DNA from: a virus
DNA: 64,000 bases
Strand: one strand, 5' to 3'
IMG/VR virus record: IMGVR_UViG_3300038393_000351
Coordinates: 32,001 to 96,000 of that record
The position numbers and the translations under genes are program-made. The notes under the pieces are model-generated. The model worked only from the letters and a program-made list of their open reading frames with translations, made no database searches and was not told the DNA's origin. Shown in pieces: positions 53,803 through 63,999 of this stretch. Position 1 is the first letter of the stretch. Every line of letters starts with the position of its first letter.

Positions 53803-54293
53803 TACTTCTCTAGTCTCTTATCAGCCATTGCTAAACCTTTTCGTCTTTGACGACTTTTTTGAAACAGAGCTTTTGCATTACGACTGTGTCTATCTTGTTT
53901 ATCAGGATTTCGATTTCCATCAGTCGACATCGCTTTATCTTCTTCCTGATCAGCTTTCTTTTCAAGACGATCGACGTGTGTGGCTGCTTTACGGCGATAA
54001 GACTTCAGAGTTTTCTTATCAAGTTCATCGATCTGATCAACGTCCTCACCGAGCTTCTGCGAAAAACCACGACCCGGTGACTTCTCAGAATCATCTTTCT
54101 TCAGAGACGTCTTGTAGTTCTCGCCCGAATCGTCTTCCGGATTCGTTACGTCCGTTGCGGGAGACGTATTCTGCCTGACCCACTCCTCTTCGTCTTCCTT
54201 TGCAGGAGAGCGATTTGGATTCATGGGAATGTTGATTTTAGTCGGAGACGGTATCGGCTTCTTACCGACTATTGCTCGAAGAGGTTTCACCAT
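53802..54293 (-). CDS. Putative prohead core protein
   Basis: Contains the module QIDELDKKTLKSYRRKA...RRKGLAMADKRL. Confidence 0.6.
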   Translation of the reverse strand: MVKPLRAIVGKKPIPSPTKINIPMNPNRSPAKEDEEEWVRQNTSPATDVTNPEDDSGENYKTSLKKDDSEKSPGRGFSQKLGEDVDQIDELDKKTLKSYRRKAATHVDRLEKKADQEEDKAMSTDGNRNPDKQDRHSRNAKALFQKSRQRRKGLAMADKRLEK

Positions 54294-55450
54294 TAGTCGG
54301 TCAACTTTCCTGTTTCAAGTTTCTTCAGCGCTTTCTCAACACCGCGTTGACGTTTTCCAAAAGCTGTAGTCTTACGATGATTTGGATCTAGCTTATCCAT
54401 CGCTTTGGCTTCTTTATCGTAAGTCTTCTCAATTTTAGCGCGATGTTTACTTTCACCATATTTGTTATATTCACGTCGATTATAATAATCACGCCGTTCA
54501 TCTGAAAACTTCTTTACTGAAGGATGATTCTTCATATCGTTATAATGAACTCGCTTCTTCTCAGCATCGACGCGAGCTTTCTGAATGTATGATCCGAGAG
54601 TCTTACCCGAAATCTCATCGACTTGCTCGACGTCTTCCTGAATGTCCTCGTCGTCGAACGTAGCCTGTGCAATGTCGATCTTGATCTCCTCGATACGATC
54701 CAGAGCCTTACGCTGCATCAGGGATGCGAAAGCAGATGAGAAGGCACCCGGCTCATTGTCATAGAGCGCATTGAGCATATCGACGTGTTCAGTTAAAGCT
54801 TCCTCCTCGATGTACTCTTCATCTAGATCTTCATAGTCCATGTCCATATCCTCTGTTACGTCTTCTTTGATGTGCCTATATGTATAAACGGAATGATGTG
54901 TGCCGTGTTGCGCATCAAAGAAGTGTTTTCCATCTTCATCGCGAATTATTCCACCAGAACGTCCGTACTCACCTCCGTGCTTCAGAACATGCTCTTTGAA
55001 TTTTTTATTAAAATCAGGAGTATTTGTATGAAGTGCGCCGTGATGCGGCGCACTTAATATGTGTTTACTACCAGAAGTGTGACCAAGCTTTTCATATCTA
55101 ATGTGATCTTTGCTAGTCGAATCTGATTTAAACAACTTATGTGTTTCATCCGCTATTTTTGATTCACCGAGATCATCAACGTTTTCATTTACTTTCTTAT
55201 TAGCCATGTTCTCCGCTTTCTTCTTCATTGCACGGTTGAAATCATTCGATGTATGCACCCCGGCGATCTGACTCAGAGCCGCTGAGATGGTCTTGTGAAA
55301 GCGTCCAAGCTTCCGGTGAACTTTTGCTTGTTCGGGATCGACTGACTTCGCCGAGATAGCATACTTCTTAGCAGCCTGATCATGAGCTTGCGAGTGCATA
55401 TAGTACCTCTGTGCACCGCTCAGACTCTTCTCGTTGATTTCATCGACCAT
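54293..55450 (-). CDS. Prohead core protein (gp67-like segment with added modules)
   Basis: Directly after the portal; FASLMQRKALDRIEEIKIDIAQATF; QVDEISGKTLGSYIQKA; late promoter at 55474-55469. Confidence 0.65.
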   Translation of the reverse strand: MVDEINEKSLSGAQRYYMHSQAHDQAAKKYAISAKSVDPEQAKVHRKLGRFHKTISAALSQIAGVHTSNDFNRAMKKKAENMANKKVNENVDDLGESKIADETHKLFKSDSTSKDHIRYEKLGHTSGSKHILSAPHHGALHTNTPDFNKKFKEHVLKHGGEYGRSGGIIRDEDGKHFFDAQHGTHHSVYTYRHIKEDVTEDMDMDYEDLDEEYIEEEALTEHVDMLNALYDNEPGAFSSAFASLMQRKALDRIEEIKIDIAQATFDDEDIQEDVEQVDEISGKTLGSYIQKARVDAEKKRVHYNDMKNHPSVKKFSDERRDYYNRREYNKYGESKHRAKIEKTYDKEAKAMDKLDPNHRKTTAFGKRQRGVEKALKKLETGKLTD

Positions 55451-55471
55451 TTAACACGCCTTTTCAATTAT

Positions 55472-57229
55472 TTAGGAGGGATGCTTTTTCTTCCGAGGAT
55501 CACGGCGCTGCTGAGTCTTGATTCGCTGATCCTGCTTCTCAGAGGGAAGCGGTTCATCTGGAGGAGGTTGATTGGTGTCACCACCATATTGATTATCGGG
55601 AGGACCATCGGATCCATCTTGAGGACCATCCATCGGCATCTCCTCTGGACCCATTCCATCCAGACCATCCATCATCGGGTCTTCGGTTCCAGGCACCGGC
55701 TGGGAGTAGATCGGATCTGACTTCTCCTCTTCGATCTGATCCTTCATCATCTCGACTTCTTCTTCAGTCAAGCGAAGGATGTTCTTATTGACCCATTCAT
55801 TTGAGTAGTAGTATCCAACCCACTTTGACGCAGCTTCAAGTAGATCAAAGCGGTTCATCTGAACTTCAGATTCCTTCATCTCCATGAAGTAGTTGTCGTG
55901 AGCGAAGTCGTACTTGATCTTTGGTGCGATCTTCTGGAAGTCCTCAAGGGACATGATCTGCTTCAGGACGATGTGTCTCTCCAGAAGCTTAGTGAAGAGG
56001 TATGAGAACTGATTGCGCATCCTCTGGATGAACTTACCAAAGGAGACTTCGTCCTGAGTGATCTCGGTCGCTCGTCCGAGTGTGAATGGTGTATCGGTGT
56101 TTAACCTAGACTGCGGGACTTGAAGAGTATCGAAGAGCTTCTTCTGGAAATAGAGAACGTCGTCCATCTCACCCAAGTTCTCACCTGCGGGAAGCGTCTC
56201 GACTTGCGTTCCCTTGGAGTTCTCACGACGGGGAAGCCAGTAGTCTTCAAGCATCGTCATGAACTTCCGATCATCGCGATACTCGCCGGTGCCGGCGTCG
56301 TACGTCAGGCGGTTCTTGTGTTTATTCATGATCGAGGCGACGTACTGCTCGGCTTTCGCCTTGGGTAAGTTACCCACGTCGATGTACCAGACTCTCCTCT
56401 CCGGTGCACGTGCGAGTCGATAGATGACTGAAGCGTCCTCGATTGCTCGAAGCTGGTTCAGTGCCTTGATCGCGTAGTGAAGGTATGATAGGACCATCGA
56501 TCCATTGGCGTCAGTCAGACCCGATGTGATCAGGGCGATTGAGTCCTCGGCGATCTTTAATCCAGTCGCGGTAGCTGCAATGGGAGTCTGGTTGCTGACC
56601 GATGTAGCGAAGCCGCGCTCGTTGTAGAGATAGTACTCATTCTTGATCTCTGTTACGGCTGCGTCTGCTCCACCTCCGCTCGACGCGGACTGAGAAGCGA
56701 TCCGGCGCTTGGTGACTTCACGGATCTTCCTGATCTTTCTGGGATCAATGTATCGAAGTTCTTGAATACCGTCCTTGGGATTATTAACGTCGATGATCGT
56801 GTGATAGTAGAGGCGTCCGTCTATGTACCATCGACGAATGATGTTGTATGATTGGTTGTTGAAGTTGAGGAGAGTCATGATCTCCTCGAAAGCCTGCTCG
56901 ACTGCGTCCTTGACTAAGTCGGTGGCGTTGCATTCCTCGAGCTTGATCTTTACCGCGACTTCTTCCTCGATCGCGACCATCGAGTTGACGATCTCGTTGA
57001 TGCCTTTATTGACTTCGGCATTCAGGGACATCTCCCTGTACTTAGTGATGAGCTCGGCTTCTGATCTGACAGTTCCCTCAAGATCTACGAACGTACCGTA
57101 GCCGCCTGAGGGAGCGACTACTACAGCACCGTCGTCGTTCTCCTTCTGAACAAAGGAGGGTTTAGCGATCTGCTCCTCGGAGTCGCTCTTCTTCTTTACT
57201 AGTTCGTAGCCGAATAAATCAAAGCCCAT
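55472..57229 (-). CDS. 20: Portal protein (gp20)
   Basis: WYIDGRLYYH; IYRLARAPERRVWYIDVGNLPK; MLEDYWLPRRE. Confidence 0.98.
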   Translation of the reverse strand: MGFDLFGYELVKKKSDSEEQIAKPSFVQKENDDGAVVVAPSGGYGTFVDLEGTVRSEAELITKYREMSLNAEVNKGINEIVNSMVAIEEEVAVKIKLEECNATDLVKDAVEQAFEEIMTLLNFNNQSYNIIRRWYIDGRLYYHTIIDVNNPKDGIQELRYIDPRKIRKIREVTKRRIASQSASSGGGADAAVTEIKNEYYLYNERGFATSVSNQTPIAATATGLKIAEDSIALITSGLTDANGSMVLSYLHYAIKALNQLRAIEDASVIYRLARAPERRVWYIDVGNLPKAKAEQYVASIMNKHKNRLTYDAGTGEYRDDRKFMTMLEDYWLPRRENSKGTQVETLPAGENLGEMDDVLYFQKKLFDTLQVPQSRLNTDTPFTLGRATEITQDEVSFGKFIQRMRNQFSYLFTKLLERHIVLKQIMSLEDFQKIAPKIKYDFAHDNYFMEMKESEVQMNRFDLLEAASKWVGYYYSNEWVNKNILRLTEEEVEMMKDQIEEEKSDPIYSQPVPGTEDPMMDGLDGMGPEEMPMDGPQDGSDGPPDNQYGGDTNQPPPDEPLPSEKQDQRIKTQQRRDPRKKKHPS

Positions 57230-57248
57230 AGATTACCTCATGTTATAG

Positions 57249-57274
57249 GAGCAGGAGATCTAATCCTCCTGCTC
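57249..57274 (-). promoter_or_regulatory. Hairpin between genes 19 and 20 (attenuator or stabiliser)
   Basis: GAGCAGGAG-GATTAGAT-CTCCTGCTC without a U tract. Confidence 0.5.
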
Positions 57275-57286
57275 TTTATCGCGATC

Positions 57287-57916
57287 TTAAGCGATCGGGA
57301 AAGCGACGCCGGTTCCATCAGTCGGATCAGGAGGAAGTGTACCTGAATAGGGCGCGACTGAAGGGTGGAATATAGACGGAACCCAGTAATCGTACGATAG
57401 CGTAACGTCGAATGTTCCGATTACGTTGCCTGCGTCCCAGTCAAGATTGATCGATGAGACGTCGGAGGGCCAGAGACCCTGAAATGTATAAGCCCGAACC
57501 ACACCTGAGTCGTCGCCGGGACCGGCTTTACCAAACTGAAGAACTTCAGCCTGAACTTTGTAGTCGAGAAGGTCTTCTGAATCTGAATCCTGACGGTTTG
57601 AGATCAGTGCGTTGATCTTGTTGTGCCAGGCTTCAAACATATTACGGTGTCTGAAGTCCTCGTCGTTGATCAGCGTGATCGTCCAATCCTGGAACACTCG
57701 GTCTCCAGCCACTTTGATCTTACGACCGAAGTAGGGAACCTCGATCGGCTCAATCGTCGATGACGGGATCTGAGCAGACCGACACATGTACTCAAGGTCT
57801 CCAGATGCATTCGGAACGCCCGGAGGAAGCGCTGAGAACCTCACTTTGAATAGTGAGGGACGCTGACCACCCCTGATGATACCCTGTGCGGAAAATTCGT
57901 CGATGTTAAAAGACAC
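57287..57916 (-). CDS. 19: Tail tube protein (gp19)
   Basis: VPYFGRKIKVAGDRVFQDWTIT..NDEDF; F.V.LSYDYW; late promoter at 57944-57939. Confidence 0.96.
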   Translation of the reverse strand: MSFNIDEFSAQGIIRGGQRPSLFKVRFSALPPGVPNASGDLEYMCRSAQIPSSTIEPIEVPYFGRKIKVAGDRVFQDWTITLINDEDFRHRNMFEAWHNKINALISNRQDSDSEDLLDYKVQAEVLQFGKAGPGDDSGVVRAYTFQGLWPSDVSSINLDWDAGNVIGTFDVTLSYDYWVPSIFHPSVAPYSGTLPPDPTDGTGVAFPIA

Positions 57917-57954
57917 GTTTATGACTCCTTTTTATCTTTATTTAGCCGTGAGTC

Positions 57955-60291
57955 TTAACCGAATTTTCCGATTACTTCTGAGAACGCCACATCGTCACGT
58001 ACGGCAACAAAGTTCAACGTGATAAAGTTGATCGAGTGGTTCGGCTTGATGTAGATGTCTCCAACGAACTGGTTTGACATTCTGATCTGAGGAGTGTTGT
58101 TGTCGGAGTCGCACTTCACATAGAAGTCAGTGATGCCTCGACGTCCCTGAACGTCCTTCAGATACGGATTCACGATGCTCTTGAACTGAGCGCGGGTGAA
58201 GTCGTCGTTGAACTCAAACAGCGTTCCCCTTGAAGCTAGCGAGATGGCTTTACGCAGGACGATGAAGAGTCGACGAACGTTGATTCGATCAAACGCAGAC
58301 GCTTGGAACTGCATCGTCTTATCACCGTAGAGGATCGTTCCCTGATTCGGGAAAGCGACGATCGGATTGACACCGTTCTTATAAAGTGTATCACGCTCGT
58401 TCTTGCGGGGATTATAAGCGAGTCGAACAACGTTCTTGATCTGACCGCGCTTGAATCCAGCAGGTGACCACCAAGCGTCGTTCGTCTGATCAGTTCTAAC
58501 GCAGAGACCCGCGATATCACCGTTCAGGGGAATCCAGCGATAGACGTCGTTGTACCGATCGTACTGGTACTTATAACCTGAGTCAAAGACACCGTATGAA
58601 GTGTCGCGTGAGACTGACTTCGCGTTTACGATGGCTTCCGCCTCACCGTACTTATTGTTAACCACAGCTTCCTTATACGGAGAGATGAAGGCGATGCAGT
58701 CGGTGCGTGCGATGCAGATGTTGTCTAGGATGTAGTTACCGAGTTGAGTGTAGTATGAAGCGGATTCACCCCGTGCCTTACCCTGAAGGACGAGCGAGAT
58801 ATCAACAGCTTCCGGCGACTGGAACTTATCGTAAGCGAACGTCAGCGTTGAGAGGGGAACAGTCGCTTCATCCGGACCATCTGATCCACCATAGAACTGG
58901 ACTTCCAGAGGAGCGGTGGCGCTCGATGAGACCACGAAAGCCGCGGTGTTTGAGGGTGCCAGGTAGCGATCGTTGGCGAACCAGATCCACTCAGATTGCT
59001 GGTTGATGACTTCCTTGTAGTAGTTCGTTGAGTTGTCGATCGTCTTAGCGTCAGTAGCGCGTGAGACGTTCTTGTGAACTTCAAGAACCGTACCCGGAGA
59101 AGATGAGAACGCACCGTCTTCATCCACCACGACGATGTGAAGCTCGTCTAGAGCAGCTGAGTTACCAAACTGAGTGACGTATGCAGAAGTTCCGGGTGCC
59201 CTATCAACGAAGTTGTAGAACTCCCAGTAACGCTGGATCGTGTTTGAAGAAGTGTTTGCACCGAGCTTCACTTCATCCTCGAGCTGAATCGTGAATGAGA
59301 AGACGTTTGCAATAGCCGTGACGCCTGAGACGTTAGCGACTTTCAAGTACTGATAACCGATGCGTGAGTTACCGACTTGGATCAAGTCGCGAACCGCGAT
59401 CTGAGCAACGGCGGCTGAGGCCAGATCATTCGCACTTGAGACTTGAGTAGTGTTTGAAGTATCGAGAGGAGTGATCGTTGCTACGAGAGTATTTGATCCA
59501 ACGGTTGCTGCGATGACTGAAGTCGCTGCGTTGAACGAAGCGTTCGGCTGAAGTGAAACGTTGGATGAAAACTGAGTAGGATGATCGCAGACTGAGATGC
59601 GCAGTGAGTTTCCAGCTCCACCAGCATACCTAGCAGCGTATAGAACTGAGATGTCAAAGAGACCATCAACGTTCTGATATTCATCTTCATTCCTGACGAT
59701 CTGGTTGTCCCAGTCGATGGTGATGTCCTGCGTCTCCTGAGCAACGGCTGTGTAGACGATGTTGTCTCGGAAGGTAACCGCGATCGACTGAACATTTGCA
59801 GTTGCGTTCTCTGAGATCTCAACGGCGCTTGAGTTCAGCACCTGAAGAATAGTCGGAGGCATAGACGTAGATAGAGCATCCACAACATCGGCAGTGTTTG
59901 AGTAGAACAGAACCATGTTCGCCGTGAGGCCGGCGGTGTTTGACAGGTTAAGAACGTTTGAGTTAGCCGTGATCGCCAGTGAAGTAGCGTTACCCACGAA
60001 CGTCTTGCTCACAGTGTTACCAGTGTAGTCACCGGCGCGTGAGACGATGAGGTTGTTTCCATAACCCAGGAAGTTTGATCCAGTGAACCAAGTCTCAGCG
60101 TTGAAGTTTGACGGACCCAGGAAGCGATTTTTCAGAGTTGTTTCGGAGTCGATTGAGACTAGAGAATCCAGAGGACCCCAGCGAAAGACACCAGCCAGAG
60201 CCGCTGCAGTGGTCGACACCGCCGGGACAATAGCCGTTAGATCAATCTCATTGGTGACGATTCCCGGCGAAAGCTGTGTAATAGCGCCCAT
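57955..60291 (-). CDS. 18: Tail sheath protein (gp18)
   Basis: LSPG...EIDLT; FRWGP; WWSPAG; FDRINVRRLF; late promoter at 60336-60331. Confidence 0.98.
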   Translation of the reverse strand: MGAITQLSPGIVTNEIDLTAIVPAVSTTAAALAGVFRWGPLDSLVSIDSETTLKNRFLGPSNFNAETWFTGSNFLGYGNNLIVSRAGDYTGNTVSKTFVGNATSLAITANSNVLNLSNTAGLTANMVLFYSNTADVVDALSTSMPPTILQVLNSSAVEISENATANVQSIAVTFRDNIVYTAVAQETQDITIDWDNQIVRNEDEYQNVDGLFDISVLYAARYAGGAGNSLRISVCDHPTQFSSNVSLQPNASFNAATSVIAATVGSNTLVATITPLDTSNTTQVSSANDLASAAVAQIAVRDLIQVGNSRIGYQYLKVANVSGVTAIANVFSFTIQLEDEVKLGANTSSNTIQRYWEFYNFVDRAPGTSAYVTQFGNSAALDELHIVVVDEDGAFSSSPGTVLEVHKNVSRATDAKTIDNSTNYYKEVINQQSEWIWFANDRYLAPSNTAAFVVSSSATAPLEVQFYGGSDGPDEATVPLSTLTFAYDKFQSPEAVDISLVLQGKARGESASYYTQLGNYILDNICIARTDCIAFISPYKEAVVNNKYGEAEAIVNAKSVSRDTSYGVFDSGYKYQYDRYNDVYRWIPLNGDIAGLCVRTDQTNDAWWSPAGFKRGQIKNVVRLAYNPRKNERDTLYKNGVNPIVAFPNQGTILYGDKTMQFQASAFDRINVRRLFIVLRKAISLASRGTLFEFNDDFTRAQFKSIVNPYLKDVQGRRGITDFYVKCDSDNNTPQIRMSNQFVGDIYIKPNHSINFITLNFVAVRDDVAFSEVIGKFG

Positions 60292-60359
60292 GGGTAGTTT
60301 CTCCCTTTACATTTTTTTATCGTTCTCAGGTATTTATTAGAACGATACTTCTAAAGGCA

Positions 60360-62018
60360 CTACTGCCCTTCGTTCATCCATTTCTCGAAGTTTGAGATGG
60401 TCTTGATGCCGCCCGTATTGAGATCGGGAACGTGATCGTCGAAGAAACCGAACGGCACTAAGTCCTCGATGATCTGCTCCTCAGTCTTATCTTTAAGATT
60501 CTGGATAGTGTTGATGTCCGTCATGTCCCTGAAGTAGTTCTCCTTCGAGAGCCACGCAAAGAGGACTAGAGCCATGACCATATCATCATGATGACCCTCT
60601 TCAGCCGAGAACGACTGTTTAGTATCTCGGCTGAACGTTGACAGTTCGGAGATGGTGTGAAAGTCCTGAATCACAAGCTGATTTGACTCGATCAGGAGCT
60701 TGAGCATCGAGCATCCTGTAGCTTTACTGGACTTAGACGTCTTGATGCCCATGTCTACGTTCGCACCGAATCCCGCACTGATCTTCTTTCCCTTTGAACC
60801 GGCGTTGGCTGTATACAGAACGTTCTCATATTCGAGATCGTCGTGAAGCATTCTGGCACACTCCCAACCCATTGGTACGTTCGTCTCGATGAGCATCGGC
60901 GCGTCTCCATACATCTTTCCGTGCTGGTGAAGGACGTGAACGAAGTCCGGTGTGGCGGTCATGTTGCTTCGGTAGGTGCAGACTTGAAGATAGGGCATCG
61001 AAGTCACGTCGATGACCTGCATCGTCGAGTAGTCCATTCCCTTACCCTCGGAGACGTCTGCGCATATCACATATCTGTGACCGTCCTTCGGCATCTGATA
61101 TCGACGAAGTCCCTGCTTCTCAAAATCGGGATTTTTGTGTGTGAGCTCCTTGAGCTTCCAGCCGGCGATCAGAGTTCCGCTTGAACCCATGAACTCGACC
61201 ATGTGCTCCTGAGCGAACTTGTCCTGATCGAAACCCATAGCGGCCAGAGTCTCATTCTTCCACTTCTCATCGCGGCCTGGAATCTTATCATACGTGACCA
61301 TGACGCGCTTGTAGGAGTTGCGTCCCTCCATGGAGTCGACCCAGATCTTATAAAAGTGATTGAGCCCCTTGGGTGTCGACACGAGGACGACCTTAGACGA
61401 TGTACCCGATGAGATGGTCGGAAACACTGAAGCGAAGAAGTCTTCCCAGTTCTCGATGTGGGCTGCCTCGTCGATGAACAGTAGGTTGATTGTGTATCCT
61501 CGGATGTTGTCGGACGATGTCGCGGTAGCCAGAACGCGAGAACCGTTTTCCAAGACGAACGATCCCTTGTTCCACTCGACGACTCCGTGCTGGATCCACT
61601 TCGGTAAGTGTTGGTACGCGAGCTGGATCTTCGTCAGAATCTCTCGAGCGGTGTCGCCCTTGTTCGCCAGTAGAGCAACGGTCTTTTCTGGATGAAAGAG
61701 GATGTACCAGAGAATGTATCCGCAGGTCGTTGTTGATTTTCCAGCCTGACGAGCGGTACCGATGATTGTGTATCGGTTGTTCACCATGGCATCGAGCATC
61801 TCGAGCTGGTAGTCTCTGAGCTTGAATGAGACGAGACCGAGATCGATGTGAACGATCTTCATGTAAGTCTCGATGAAGTAGACCGGATCTTTGGAGCACT
61901 TGATCCACTCAGCCACGAGCTCAGGAGTCCATTTGACTTCTACACCGGCTCGTTTTAGATTAATGTTTCCCTGATAACCCTTGGTATCAATTACTTCGGC
62001 TTCTATCTGATTATCCAT
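60360..62018 (-). CDS. 17: Terminase large subunit (gp17)
   Basis: ARQAGKST; FIDEAAH; STPKGLNHFY; HHDDMVM. Confidence 0.98.
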   Translation of the reverse strand: MDNQIEAEVIDTKGYQGNINLKRAGVEVKWTPELVAEWIKCSKDPVYFIETYMKIVHIDLGLVSFKLRDYQLEMLDAMVNNRYTIIGTARQAGKSTTTCGYILWYILFHPEKTVALLANKGDTAREILTKIQLAYQHLPKWIQHGVVEWNKGSFVLENGSRVLATATSSDNIRGYTINLLFIDEAAHIENWEDFFASVFPTISSGTSSKVVLVSTPKGLNHFYKIWVDSMEGRNSYKRVMVTYDKIPGRDEKWKNETLAAMGFDQDKFAQEHMVEFMGSSGTLIAGWKLKELTHKNPDFEKQGLRRYQMPKDGHRYVICADVSEGKGMDYSTMQVIDVTSMPYLQVCTYRSNMTATPDFVHVLHQHGKMYGDAPMLIETNVPMGWECARMLHDDLEYENVLYTANAGSKGKKISAGFGANVDMGIKTSKSSKATGCSMLKLLIESNQLVIQDFHTISELSTFSRDTKQSFSAEEGHHDDMVMALVLFAWLSKENYFRDMTDINTIQNLKDKTEEQIIEDLVPFGFFDDHVPDLNTGGIKTISNFEKWMNEGQ

Positions 62019-62484
62019 TCTTATTCATTTCCGTAAAGATCTTCTGCAGCTCAGCTGTTGAGCCGACGAATAAATTGTTTGTTATCTTGCCTGGAGCAGT
62101 CGGTACATCGTCCTTAGCGGCGCTTCCGGGCTTAAGCTCCTCTCTCTTCTTGTGAAGAGTAAAGATGTCCTGCTGAGCGTCCATAACAGTCTTGATGAGA
62201 CCACCCAGGACTTCAAAAGCCCGAGGATGCTGGGACTGATCGGCTATAGCCGCTAGCTTTGTGATGGCGTCTTTAGCGACTTGCGTCATCTCGATGATGT
62301 TAGCGCGCGCTAGAGTAAAATCTGAGTTCACCGACTGATCTAAGTCTGGATCTTCTTCAGTCGCTTCAACGATCTCTTTTCCTGTATCGTTGTCTATTAC
62401 GATAGATTTACTCGATGTGATCGGATCGTCGTTGACTCCAAGCGATGCGAGAAACGACGACGTTTCCTTTTCATTATCTTCCAT
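62011..62484 (-). CDS. 16: Terminase small subunit (gp16)
   Basis: DFTLARAN; HPRAFEV; NNLFVGSTAELQK. Confidence 0.93.
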   Translation of the reverse strand: MEDNEKETSSFLASLGVNDDPITSSKSIVIDNDTGKEIVEATEEDPDLDQSVNSDFTLARANIIEMTQVAKDAITKLAAIADQSQHPRAFEVLGGLIKTVMDAQQDIFTLHKKREELKPGSAAKDDVPTAPGKITNNLFVGSTAELQKIFTEMNKNG

Positions 62485-62486
62485 TA

Positions 62487-63344
62487 TTAAGCGGTTGTAC
62501 CGACTCCTAAGGCTGTTGAGTTAGACGTGGAGTTTCCTACGTATGGAACTAGATCACTCCGCGTCGTGGTGTAATCCCAGGGATCATCTATCCAGATATC
62601 GTATGGATCGATTGAGATCTCAGGATCTGTAGTTGGTTGACCATCGGCAGTTAGTCCAGGCGTCTGGAAGAACTGCTCGAACGGCGCTGCATCACTATCT
62701 GCATAGAACGTTGCGGTAGTGAACTTGATGATCGGATTCTGTTTAACTGGACCATAGAGATATCCCTGAAGCGTGAATGAGAGAGTCCAGATGTACGCTC
62801 TGTGCTCCTTATAGCTCTCATCTTTGAATGCATTGATCGGTTCAACGGTGTTGAGAACGATCGGGATGTCCTGTCTGATTCCCATTTCTGGAATCAGTTC
62901 CAGCGTTGCAGTAAATTCCGGAGTAAACATCGGAAGGATCTGTTCTACGATCTTCGTTCCATCCTCTGCGTTCTTAACTAAGATGTAGAGGTTGAAAGTA
63001 TAATCGTATGGAACGGGAACGAACTGATATTTTACTCGATTCCTATCATCGGATTTTGCAGTAATTTTATTTAGAGTAGGCAACTTTCTATCGGGATTGT
63101 ACTCCACACCATCGAGCTCGAACGCCATAGATGGTAGGACGATCTGAGCCGGCCTATCGATTCGAGGATCTTCTCTTAAGCGTACTAGAACCTGCTCCTT
63201 TGGAGATAACATGATAGGCACTTTGATGCGAGCACCAAGCGACCCGTCATTGAGTGTACGGTCGATGTAAATTCTTGAGAACAGAGCACCAAAGTACGAG
63301 AGGTACTTACGCGTCAGACCAAAATAGAATTGCTGATTGAACAT
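62487..63344 (-). CDS. 15: Tail sheath stabilizer / completion protein (gp15)
   Basis: FGALFS; LPSMAFE; PVPY; IVEQILPMFTP; YLYGPV. Confidence 0.95.
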   Translation of the reverse strand: MFNQQFYFGLTRKYLSYFGALFSRIYIDRTLNDGSLGARIKVPIMLSPKEQVLVRLREDPRIDRPAQIVLPSMAFELDGVEYNPDRKLPTLNKITAKSDDRNRVKYQFVPVPYDYTFNLYILVKNAEDGTKIVEQILPMFTPEFTATLELIPEMGIRQDIPIVLNTVEPINAFKDESYKEHRAYIWTLSFTLQGYLYGPVKQNPIIKFTTATFYADSDAAPFEQFFQTPGLTADGQPTTDPEISIDPYDIWIDDPWDYTTTRSDLVPYVGNSTSNSTALGVGTTA

Positions 63345-63345
63345 T

Positions 63346-63999
63346 TTATGTCACATTCCCTTCTGAGAAAGGATCGACTTCTGACCAATCAACGAACGAA
63401 TCAAAGTCGTCTTTAAAGAAGTCGTTCTGAGCTGCCGGATCATTCTTTTCCAGATCATAGGAGTCAACGATCGTATCACCATCATCTGTTGTGAGGATAT
63501 CTCCATCATCAGTCTGAAGAGCTGAGTCGACAATGTTAGTTGATAGTTTATAGATATCATCGATCTCTGGGATAGACGTATTGAACTTCTCACCGGAGTA
63601 TTCAAAGAGCTCGCACGTTAACTCAAACGTATAGAGTGAACCGAGCTGATAGAACATCTCCCTTGAATCAACGAACGTGATCTTGAAGCACTTCTTGTTG
63701 AGCGGGAAGTAGATCAGATCACCTTCTCTAGGACGAACGAACGGCTGCACTGCGCCGTTCACATCGATGTATGATTTTGCCGGCTGTCCTACGTTAGTGT
63801 TGAAAGCTCGAGCTGAGACCGAGAACACGACTTCATCTCGAATGTTGGCGCCGAACTGATTCAAGAAGTCCTTGTCTGAACCAAAGCCGTGAACTGACTT
63901 GATATACATCTCACAGTCGTACGTATCTTGATACAACGACTGATCGTCTGCACCATAAAGCGGATCATAGTCGAGTAGAGTTCTGACGATATAAATTAC
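63346..63999 (-). CDS. 14: Neck protein gp14, 3' part (5' end beyond window)
   Basis: Frame open to the edge (VIYIVRTLLDYDPLYGADD); RPREGDLIYFP; FYQLG; CELFEYSGE. Confidence 0.93.
   Translation of the reverse strand, partial: VIYIVRTLLDYDPLYGADDQSLYQDTYDCEMYIKSVHGFGSDKDFLNQFGANIRDEVVFSVSARAFNTNVGQPAKSYIDVNGAVQPFVRPREGDLIYFPLNKKCFKITFVDSREMFYQLGSLYTFELTCELFEYSGEKFNTSIPEIDDIYKLSTNIVDSALQTDDGDILTTDDGDTIVDSYDLEKNDPAAQNDFFKDDFDSFVDWSEVDPFSEGNVT

Noticed and set aside
10716-62018. Introns, inteins or homing endonucleases in gp41, gp43, gp46, gp17 or nrdA
   Set aside because: Proteins are of normal length and uninterrupted; no GIY-YIG, HNH or LAGLIDADG ORF was recognised.
145-63605. Numerous plus-strand and alternate-frame ORFs in the track (e.g. 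2694-3254, 39877-40614, 61393-61908)
   Set aside because: They lie antisense to or inside well-identified genes and have no SD or motifs; these are shadow ORFs.
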